DNA from: Lytechinus pictus
Taxonomy: Eukaryota
Assembly: GCF_037042905.1 (NCBI RefSeq)
Contig: NC_087250.1
Location: 11,718,001 to 11,782,000 of the forward strand
Direction of reading: 5' to 3'
Length of the DNA: 64,000 nt
In this document: in pieces, positions 40,251-50,900 of the stretch
Layout of the letters: every line of letters begins with the position of its first letter
How positions within the stretch are numbered: the stretch's first letter is position 1
Notes under the pieces: generated by a model
Seen by the model: only the letters and a program-made list of their open reading frames with translations
Databases searched by the model: none
Told to the model about the DNA's origin: nothing
Program-made: the position numbers and the translations under genes

Positions 40251-40289
40251 GCCTCCGACGAAGATTCTGCTAGGATCGAAAGCTTAGGC
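40251..40289 (+). ncRNA. Minimal hammerhead-like motif with variant core (Penelope-like remnant about 39865-40305)
   Basis: gcct CCGACGA a gattc-tgcta-ggatc GAAA gctt aggc; stem I gcct/aggc, palindromic AAGCTT stem III; U4-to-C change in core. Confidence 0.5.
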
Positions 40290-40963
40290 CCCTTTTGACT
40301 TTCTAAATATATTTTAATGATACAACAGAACAAGTGGGGAAATGTCATTGTCAATTTGCTCTTTGAACATTCATGATTACATGCAGAGAAGTGTTTCTCC
40401 AAAATAATTCAAATTTTAAAAATGTCATAAATCTGTTATTCGTTGTCCGATTTTGATCAATTTTTCAGTGTTTCATATGTCTGATTTTTTAAATCTGTTC
40501 AAATAATATTGTGGCATATCTTCAGCCCCTAATATCCTTTAATAGCAATTATTATTATCATAATTTATTTTCAATACGCTGCTCCATGAGAAATAACGTT
40601 GGGATTCTGAGGGGAGTCTTCACACGAGGCTGATTTTCTCATATAGTTTTGTCGTGATCATTGTATATTAAGCGAATTTTAATATTCAAATGGTCTAGTG
40701 TATATTTCAGTTTACTTGAAAGAATAAGGTTAGGTTGAATTCTCAGTTGACGTAGAAAAACATCTTGAAAGATAAGAAACTGTCTGCCTCTTGGACCATC
40801 CCTGTTTTAAGACACCCAACATCTTTTCAAACATATTGCATTACGAACTCTGTACAACCTCTATCCAATATATATATACATATATCATACATAATTATAT
40901 AGATATAAATATATATACATGTATATACACTTATACATATACATATATATATATGAATGAAGA

Positions 40964-40998
<35 letters not shown>

Positions 40999-41000
40999 GT

Positions 41001-41334
41001 ATGTGTAAAGTTATACATGTACAACAGCTTTGGCAACTCTTTTATTTAAATATTGTAAAGAAATGGATGAAGAGAACAGTGGTAGGCGTAGCTTAAATCA
41101 AGGTTCCCCAGAGCTATCTACCCTTTGGAAAAATTGGTGATGCCGAAAAAATGTCTCTGCCGGGAATCGAACCCGGGCCCCCAGCTTTGAACGCCGGTGC
41201 CTTAACCACTAGACCACAGAGACGGGTTAGTGGCTAGGGCGACCCCGATCCGATTGACCGTCAGGTAGACAGATTTTCGACACTATACCAATTATAATTT
41301 CCTTTGTCGGGTGAAGGTGGGTTTCGAACAATGA
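41001..41334 (-). repeat. tRNA-containing dispersed repeat, partial permuted copy inside a (TA)n microsatellite
   Basis: Near-identical to parts of 45066-45489 but begins with the segment that ends that copy. Confidence 0.85.
41152..41223 (-). tRNA. tRNA-like gene, anticodon TCA (opal-suppressor-like or tRNA-derived repeat head), copy A
   Basis: Minus strand folds GTCTCTG TG GTCT AGTGGTTA AGGC A CCGGC GTTCAAA GCTGG GGGC CCGGG TTCGATT CCCGG CAGAGAC A; A box TGGTCTAGTGG, B box GGTTCGATTCC, followed by T6. Function uncertain because it lies in a repeat. Confidence 0.55.
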
Positions 41335-42231
41335 TAAACAATGATATATGTATATATATATATACTGTATATATATAAATGAAGTGTATATTCTTTATAC
41401 GCATGCATAATATCAAGTATCCAGTGATTTATTTTTACTTTTTCGAGGGAGATCCAAGCTTTACAAGCATTGATTTTAGTGGACTCCTCATTTCCATTTC
41501 CATATGCTCTATTTTATACTGCTTTTTTGTATCTGATTTGTATTACTTTGTGTTATGTATGAAAGGAACTGAAATAAAGTAGTGCCAAAAAACTAGTTGT
41601 TTTGATTGAAATGGTCATTTATTTCCGAAGGACCACTCAAATCATGCAAACTTTATGCCTCTTCATTGAAAAAAAACATCCTCGGGCAATAGCAAAAAGC
41701 GACAACCCTTTCAAATCTTTACAGACACCATAAGCTCTTTTTGTTGTTCATGAGATGACAACATGAAATGTATTTCTTTATCTTCCCCTTTTTTCTCTTC
41801 TACAGCTTCTACTTTGAAGAGAAAATATAAAATATAGCAATACAAAAAATAACAACAATAACAAAACATAAAAGATACTAGTTCTACTACCAGCAATACA
41901 ATAACAGCAATATTTTTTTTAATACTACGTTCTGCTAGTATGACAACAAAANNNNNNNNNNNNNNNNNNNNNNNNNNNNNNNNNNNNNNNNNNNNNNNNN
42001 NNNNNNNNNNNNNNNNNNNNNNNNNNNNNNNNNNNNNNNNNNNNNNNNNNNNNNNNNNNNNNNNNNNNNNNNNNNNNNNNNNNNNNNNNNNNNNNNNNNN
42101 NNNNNNNNNNNNNNNNNNNNNNNNNNNNNNNNNNNNNNCTGCTACTACTACTACTCTTAATACTACTACTTTTACTAGTAGAACTGCTACTACGACTACT
42201 ACTACTACCTATACTACTGCTGCTGCTGCTG

Positions 42232-42264
<33 letters not shown>

Positions 42265-42385
42265 TTACTAGGAGAACTGCTGCTGCTACTACTACTTCTA
42301 CTCTTACTACTACTTCTTTTACTAGTAGAACTGCTACTACTACTACTACTGCTACTTTTACTCGTAGAACTACAACTACTACCAC

Positions 42386-43522
42386 CAGTGGCGTACCGTG
42401 GGTCACGGCATTGGGGGGCACGAGCAAAAATTTTGAGTCACTTAGTGAGCGCAGCGCGCCCAGTTGCCAGGTATACTGACCTAATAGAGACATTTTAAGG
42501 ACAGTGCCATTAAACGGATATTCAGACCTAAAAAAGGACATTATAAAATTCTTTTGTAATCATGATACGTACCTGTCTCGCTAAATAATGCGAGCGTGAA
42601 GCGCGAGCTGAAATTTTTGTAAATATTGACCCCAAACAGGAAGATTTTAAGGACTATATTTTAGGAATCCGTTAAGAGTATACACATCTCACCATAGTCA
42701 TCTAATGCGAGTGCCAATAAGCGCTTGCTGATTTTGTTAGAATTATATCTAAACATATGCACATAAAGCACTTGTAATCATGATTAACATACCCATCTCA
42801 CTAATCAAATCTTGCGAGCGCGAAGCGCGAGCTGAAAATTTAGGAAATTCAGACCTGAAGAGGGGCATTTTAAGGCTTGTTTGTAGGAATTCACGAAGAC
42901 CATACGTAGTTCACTAACCAAACGGTGCGAGCGCGAAGCGCGAGGTGAAAATTTTTGATATTCAGATCAGAAAAAGGAACATTTTAAGGACTGATTCTAG
43001 GAATTCATTGAGAGCAGACATATTTCACCAATCCGCTACTGCTAACGTAAGCACGGACAGGAAATGTTTTATATTAAGACCTTAAAATGGGGCAATCACT
43101 TTAGTCATGAAAAAGAAGCATACTATTGTACATAAAACAATAACTCGAAGTGCGAGGAAATATATTTGGCAGTTTGGTATATATTGACTTGAAAACGGGA
43201 GGTTTTAGTTTTTATCAGGGTTATATATCTCGGTAAACAGACAATGCGAGCTTCAGGAGCAATGAAAACATAGGCCCTGAGCAAATTATGTTTCATTAAG
43301 TTATGAAAAATGTTTCTTATGTAATATAACATAACATATTATTATGAAATATTATAATGAAACATTATAATGAACAATAATGTCTTTTTTCCCACTACGT
43401 TTCTCTTTCTTTCTCCCTCTTTTTCTCCTTTTCCCCGTTTTTTTTTTTTTTTTTTTTGGTCAGCCGATTGGGGGGGGGGGGGGGCACGTGCCCCCCCATG
43501 CCCCCCCGTAGTTACGCCACTG
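42386..43522. mobile_element. Non-autonomous hAT-like element
   Basis: TIR CAGTGGCGTA / TACGCCACTG with perfect 8-bp target duplication ACTACCAC (42378-42385, 43523-43530); internal gcgagcgcgaagcgcgagc repeats. Confidence 0.9.
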
Positions 43523-44451
43523 ACTACCACAAATGATAATAATAGTAACGCTGCTACTATGATAAGTAAATATGGTGGTAGAAAGAGGTTGACGTTGAAG
43601 TAATCTACCAAAACCTTTGCTTCGCCGTCTACTTCTACTACTAGCGTTTATCACCAAATTAGTATAATCCTAGAATAAAGTATTCCAATATTTCTGCTTC
43701 CTGTAGGCCATATTCCTCATGTTACTACTAAGGATTTTGAAATGGTGACACTAGTAAATGGATTCATCGAAAAAACACAAAAACTAAAAATAGATTAAAA
43801 AAAGAAATAAATGAATAAAACAGTCTGCCGTTAAAAAAAAATGTCTGTGTCATACTCAGCCATTCCAACGAAACCTTCTCCATACTGACCAACGGTATGT
43901 TATTAGAAATAAACTTATAGCTTCTGTCGGTCTGGGTCCCGTAACACAAAGGTTAGCAATTGATTGTTTGTTTGATTTCATAAATGATTGTACATTGTAT
44001 TCAACGAAATCAATCGTAGAAAAATGTTCTATATACTACTACTACTACTACGACGACGACGACGACGACAACTACTACGACTACCACGACTACTACGACT
44101 ACGACTACTACTACTACTAATGATAATAATAATAATAACGTCATACTTAAGTTCTCAAAACTGTTAGCTCTGACAACTTAACTGTTTTCCCAGCGGGCTC
44201 TGTTTAACATGACAATGTTTAATCTTTTCCTCAATACCATTGTCACAGCGAAATCGATTCCTGTCCCACCAACTGCTGGAAAGTACACATTATTTACATA
44301 GAGAGGATTGTGTGAAAAATATTATTCACACTGTTAAGATGCTCAAATTCAACAGAGTGAAGATATTTTCACACTATGGACTGCTCGACAGTGTGACCGT
44401 TCACAGCGTGTTAACACTGTCGACTATGTGAATAATGATGTGATTCACAGG

Positions 44452-44840
44452 TAAATTGCCAATTGGTCTACTGCCAACTCATCCACTCACCACATGGTCT
44501 ACTTTCATTTAGTCTAATGCCATTCCGTCCATCAATATTTCGTCTAACAACCATTTGGTCCATTAACAATCGGTCCAATCATCGCTTCGTCTAATCACCA
44601 TTTTGTTTATGACCATTTCGTTTTATAACCAGTTGGTCTAATATCCATTTCATTCATTCTTTTTGCACAATTATTTAACACCTAGTCCAATTAGACCAAA
44701 TGGTATATGGACTAAATGGCTATTGGTTTTGGACCAACCGGTAATTAGACGAAATGGGATTAGACTAAAAGAAAGTAGACAATGTGGATAGTGGATGAAC
44801 TGATCGTAGACCAAATGACAGTAGACAAGTTGGCAATTTG
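44452..44840. repeat. MITE-like element (aaattgccaa..gtctact / agtagac..ttggcaattt) nested in a CACAGTGT-rich element related to 2248-2503
   Basis: Inverted ends and internal ggtcta/tagacc subrepeats. Confidence 0.6.
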
Positions 44841-45018
44841 AAGATTTGGAAACAAACCGATTCACAGTGTTGGAAACGATGGTCAGTGTAAAGGTGATTT
44901 CACATTGTATTGTATTCCACACTGTAAACACAGTGTTGGACGCTGTGGTCTTTCCATGATTACGTTACTTTCAATGCCATGACATCGGTCGTGTTGGAGT
45001 GCAGTTTGTTGGTAAGAC

Positions 45019-45065
<47 letters not shown>

Positions 45066-45068
<3 letters not shown>

Positions 45069-45489
45069 TGAAAGAAATGGATGAAGAGAACAATGGTAGG
45101 CGTAGCTTAAATCAAGGTTCCCCAGAGCTATCTACCCTTTGGAAAAATTGGTGATGCCGAAAAATGTCTCTGCCGGGAATCGAACCCGGGCCCCCAGCTT
45201 TGAACGCCGGTGCCTTAACCACTAGACCACAGAGACGGGTTAGTGGCTAGGGCGACCCCGATCCAATTGACCGGCAGATAGACAGATTTTCGACACTATA
45301 CCAATTATAATTTCTTTTGTCGGGTGAAGGCGGGTTTTGAACAATGACAAGCCGCCATGCCTCAGCTGGATCAAAGCTATTGCTTTGATACAGTACACGT
45401 ATGGGAGAAAGTATACAAATGTGTAAAGTTATACATGTACAACAGCTTTGGCAACCCTTTTATTTAAATATTGTGTGAAAGAAATGGAT
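45066..45489 (-). repeat. tRNA-containing dispersed repeat, 407-bp unit with 17-bp terminal redundancy, adjacent to (TA)n
   Basis: gtgtgaaagaaatggat at 45066-45082 and 45473-45489. Confidence 0.85.
45165..45236 (-). tRNA. tRNA-like gene, anticodon TCA, copy B (identical to copy A)
   Basis: Same 72 nt, followed by T5 on the minus strand. Confidence 0.55.
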
Positions 45490-45741
45490 ATATTGCACCA
45501 ATGCGATAACCAATGCTATAATTATTTACGCCAAATTATGAATATGCACAATATTTATTTAAATATTGTGTGAGAGAAATTGATATATTGCACCAATGCG
45601 ATAACCAATGCTATAATTATTTACGCCAAATTATGAATATGCACAATATTTATTTAAATATTGTGTGAAAGAAATGGATATATTGCACCAATGCGATAAC
45701 CAATGCTATAATTATTTACGCAAAATTACAAATATGCACAA
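45459..45741. repeat. 95-bp tandem repeat, 3 units
   Basis: ttgtgtga recurs at 45471, 45566, 45661. Confidence 0.9.
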
Positions 45742-46348
45742 ACCAGACTCCCTGATTCCCCCTCTGTTTTCCCCAGCTTAATAGATAAGGTTATCGCACG
45801 GATAGTGCTTAACAAATACCAGCATTATTACCATCATACGTATAAACTAAATAATGAATGGCAGAGCCTGTGTGGTAGTGACGTTCAAGGTCATAGCCAT
45901 TGGCCACACGTTTCATTCATACGAACTGATTAGGCGCTAGTTAATATAATTGCGTCTCCCGTTGCCGAGCAACCGTCACAAACACGGACTCCCATCGTCA
46001 GAGTGAACAGACGACGGTGCTTCGTAAAATAGATACAATTCTCCACATAATAGAAACACGATCATACTACAGTATTTTCTTTATAACCATTTCTTCGTGT
46101 GACATCGAGAAATATTTATATATTATAACTGTATTAACCTAACAATATGATATTCCATTTGCAGAGGTGAATATGTCGAAGCAACGATAAATTATCGTGT
46201 GGAAAGGTAAATACAATATGACACATTATATGAATTCGTTTTTCATAGTAGTTGTATTAGTGATTATGTGGCATTGACACAGACATGCTGTGCCATGCGT
46301 ATGCGATGGACTGATGCATCTCGAGTGTGTGATGACTAAAAGCTCATA

Positions 46349-46392
<44 letters not shown>

Positions 46393-46397
46393 ACCTA

Positions 46398-46429
<32 letters not shown>

Positions 46430-46437
46430 TTAAAAAG

Positions 46438-47550
46438 TTTGGAAATCTGAGTTTGGCCATTAATTTCCCCAACTCCCAATTTTACACTATGCGTATTTGA
46501 CATTATTCAAAAGATCATTTAATTTTCTTTAAAATAATACCATGCTTGTTATGATCATGCAAGCACAAAAAGAGCAGGATTCTAAAGTGTTGGATGAGGT
46601 CTGAATTGAAAAGCGGCAAAAGGAGCAAAAAATTAGGTTTGGAAATCTGAGTTTGGCCATTAATTTCTCCCGACTCCCAATTTTACACAATTCATTTTTG
46701 ACATCAATCAAAGGATCGGTTATTTCCCTTTAAAATTATACCATGTTTGTTATGATCACGGCATTACGAAAAAAGCAGGATTCAAAAGTGTTGGAAAACG
46801 AGCAGAAATAGTCATGAAGGGTCAATACAGAACATGATTCTTTTGTCTGTGTCAATAGAGATGAAATCCATTCAAATCAAACCCCTGCTTCTTCATTTTT
46901 TATGTTTTGTTGTGGTTTATGTAGTGATGGTTCTGTGAGATACATGTAACATGGTTTGAGTCGTGGTTTGAAATAACAATACATGTTTGTTTATTTCTTG
47001 TGTTTGCTTGTACAGAGGTGTGTTTGATTGTACGTTAATGCTGATGTTAAGGTACATGAAAACATTTAAAAGAAATCGCTGAGAAACTCACTCATCACCA
47101 TGGAAAAAAGAACCCGATTTTCAATATTGTGTCATTTTGCAACTTTTGAATTTTGACCTGGTCTCACATTTCAATGCACTGCACCACAATGTGAACCATA
47201 ATCATATCATGTAGGGTATCATTTTTAAGAAAATAAAATGATCTATTAATTGATATTAATTAAACATTGATATTTAGTAAAACCGAGGAGGGGTTATCGA
47301 TCAAAATCAAAATAAATCGCTGAGAAACTTGATCATAATCACCACGGAAAAAAGAACAGTGACTTTTAATATTGTGTCATTTTGCAACTTTTGAATTTTG
47401 ACCTTGCCCCACATTCCAAGGCACTGCACCTCCATGTGAACCATAATCATATCATGTAGGGTATCATTTTAAAGAAAATTAGAGATCTATTCATTAATTT
47501 TAATTACACGCCGATATTTACTAAGACCGAGGAGGGATTATCGATCAAAG
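46438..47550. repeat. Two local tandem duplications (about 200-bp period at 46438/46638; about 240-bp period at about 47073/47314)
   Basis: tttggaaatctgagtttggccattaatttc and aaatcgctgagaaact each occur twice with co-linear flanks. Confidence 0.8.
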
Positions 47551-47604
47551 TCAGATTTCCAAACTTTTTTGATGAGTTTATATATAAATATAAACCGTCG
47601 TACT

Positions 47605-47830
47605 GGAAGCGTGTTGGTAAAATAGTTCTGAATATTGCTTTGCAATTTGAGGGTCGCGTGTTCGAACCCCAACTCGTTCTAGCGTCCTTAGGCAAGGCGT
47701 CAATGCACACTTTGCCACTATCTACCCAGCCGCCTAACAGGCTGCGAAAAAAAGCTCTGTCATAGATTAGTATCGCAATACATAGAAGCCCATGATTGTT
47801 ATAATTATTATCGTTATTATTATCATTAGG
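47605..47830 (+). mobile_element. Degenerate tRNA-derived SINE
   Basis: B-box-like gtgttcgaaccc, gtccttaggcaaggc core, ATT-rich tail. Confidence 0.6.
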
Positions 47831-47988
47831 CCTATTGTTGTTTTTTGTTGTTTTTAATAATTATTTATTATCAAATTATTATTATAATTATTTTCCTACT
47901 ATTGTACCAATTCAGAAAGCATCATGATCCTCACTGGCCACTATTAACAAAGAAACTTTTTGTTTAATTATCTTACAGTGTGTAAGAC

Positions 47989-50900
47989 ATGGGGTCTGCG
48001 GCAAGTTCAAGGAAGAGTCGGCCAGCCGATAAATTTGAAAAAGTTGAACCAGTCCCAGATTCTGCAGGAGCAGCTACAGAAAGCAACAACAAAACAGATG
48101 GGTCTCCTGGAAAACCACAATCGGCTGATTCAACCAATCCTGCAGAAAGTGAAACTGTTCAAACTGCCGTAGGTACACTTGGAGGAATTTCCGATGGCTC
48201 TTCGAGACCTATGGATGACATATCAGATGCTCTGCTTGTTGATTTTGCAGATGTAAAGTTGAAACGACAGGACCACAAGATACGCGACAAGATCGAACAG
48301 TGTCTCATTCCTGTTAAAGAGAGTATCCGATACATTCGGGAGTGCAACGAATTTAACTGTACCTTATGCAACAAACATATGAGGGATATCAACTTATTTT
48401 CTCGTGACTCTAACAATAGCCTCACAGCAACGGCAAACGCAATCGGCGTTGACACAGACCATTGCAAAATGTTTACCTATACCTGGACAAAGGGAACAAA
48501 GATACAGGAGATTGAAAATGCGCAACCGAGTGAAGAACTTCCATCCGAAATCAAAGAGATTTTTACCTTTTACATGGACCTCCTAGGCTCGACCTGGAAT
48601 TTCACCGACAAGTCTGACTTCTTCTGCTTGCAACTTGAGGAAGATGGATGTCTCTCCGTCATTGTCGACTGGCTTTTACACCTAGGTGAGAAGGGGTGTG
48701 CGATGAACAAGTGGGTTGAAGATATGGTCTTCGACGCAATGAACATTTTGGAAAACGCATGTAGGAGACTACCCGCATTGGCACCTAGGCATCACCGCGC
48801 GGTTCCTGGTATTCAGAAGGTTTGCGAATCAACGGACAGTCTGACGCAGACAGTTGCGTTTATGACTTTAGCAAGGCTAGTGAAGAAAGAAGAAGCAGAC
48901 AAGCTGTCCACGAATTATGAATGCATCGTATCGCTACTGTCTCTCTTGGAGAAGTGCCTGTCGGATCCAAAACACAAGACGAAGGTCACACGGCGGACCT
49001 CGAAGAAGCGTTCTTCAACTGTGATAAGTCTGAAGGCAGTCGAGCTCCTCCAGTCTGTAGAGGAACTGGCTATTAACGACAACAACAAGCAGCTCATTGT
49101 AGCCAAAGGGGGAATTCCAATTCTTGGGAAACTACTCGAACCAAAGTGTTCGAAGGAGGAGAAGACATCTGCAGCCAACACAATCTGGAGACTTGCATTT
49201 CTGAAGGAAAATAAAGAGAAACTCCGCAAAGAACAATCTATTATTTACAGTAAGTAAGACTCTTCATCTCGATTTCATTATCATTGGGGAAATGCGTCTC
49301 ATGGGCTCACTTTCGTATCTAACAACAGTAATAATAATACTACTACTACTAATAATAATACGCAACATTTTTACAGCGCCTAATACAATGCTTATAAGCG
49401 TTACATACTACATCCATGGTTCCGACTCTCGTTTTTAAACCAGTAGTTATGGGCTTGAATCTTGGGCATGGCGTTATTGTCAGTTGAGGTCAATGGGAAG
49501 CACGGCCGTAATACTTTCTTAAATGCACAAATCGCTTGAAAATAAGTGAGGGCCAAGGCTGATGCAATAATAATAGGCCCACACTTCTGAATATAGAAGG
49601 CGCCATATCATTGATATATAAAATCCATATCCTATTATCAGATGTGACTGAGAATTCCCAAAGTGAGCACGAAAATCTCCGTACAGCCTGCATGGGAGCT
49701 CTCTTCGAAATTTACGAATCCAGACTTCCCGAAAGCCTAAAGAACAGGAAAACAGCTGACGAGTCACCGCAGATGGCGCCAGTGGACACTGCAAAATCAA
49801 CTGGACACATCATGCTCAGCTACAAATGGGAACACCCGTCCAAACCTGTGATGAGAGAGTTCAAGAAGGAGCTTCGAAATAGAGGGTACACCGTATGGAT
49901 GGATGAGGACCATATGAGTAAGTCTACATTAAGGAAATATGAAATTGAATGCTTGTTTTTAACCTACCGAAGAATTCACCCCTGCCCCCTTTTGTTTTCA
50001 TTAGAACAAGTTATTTTCACGTATAAATTCCTTTTCCGTTTCTTCTCTGTGTTTTCTCTTACTTCTTAATCGTTTTTTCTTCTTTTTCTTCTCTTTTTTT
50101 ATCAAAGTTATTATTCTCCCTGTCTGTATTCCATTAGTGATCTCAATATTAAAATGCCCATAACTTTCTTACTTTGGGGGGTATCGTCTTAAAACTTTCA
50201 TTGATCTTGATTTTTCCCTTTTAGAAGAATTCGACTATTCTAATAGGATTCATTCTCATTTGATGTCGTTTCTCTTCTGTTCCTTGTTCCAGTGGGTGAT
50301 AAAATCGGTGCCATGTCCGAAGCGGTTGAGAATGCGGACATGGTGATAGCCTGCATTACACGTGGCTACCAAGACAGCCAAGACTGCAGAACAGGTAACT
50401 GAGATACTTCCCTTACTTAGATCAAGTACAAGTTTAAATTTTGTTGTTGCATGCGTTGCACACTTTCCTCCTGACTTGGGAGTTTTCGATTTGCACGTCA
50501 TCCACATTTAGGGACAGGACGTGTACAAAGTCGGAAAATAGTATTACAAACGGACATACTGATGTTGTCGACATAAACTCATCAATATTTCACACTATTT
50601 TCCGTAGCATGTTGCGTTCACGGTAAGGAAAGTCACTGGTCAGGAGTGATGGTCAGTTACACACATGCGATGGACGAACAATTAGTGCCTATCCACTAAC
50701 CTGGCGAATTTGGGAATCGTTATCGCTGTAATGAATAGTTGACATGTCAGTCGCTATTATTAGATATTGGCGGCTATTGTCGTCTCTGCCCGTGTAACGA
50801 CAGTTTGGATTAATATTCTGAACCCAATTTTTCTTGTTACTTCCACAGCTAAATCTAACATTCCTTTCATTTCTTAATGTAAATTCGTCCTGGCGAACTT

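Noticed and set aside
41152-41223. tRNA-Sec or tRNA-Glu(TTC) assignment
   Set aside because: No long variable arm for Sec; TTC is off-centre in the 7-nt loop, so Glu does not fit the fold
45459-45741. CRISPR-like repeat array (also 6633-6923, 60495-60850)
   Set aside because: Tandem units without unique spacers, eukaryotic context, no cas genes
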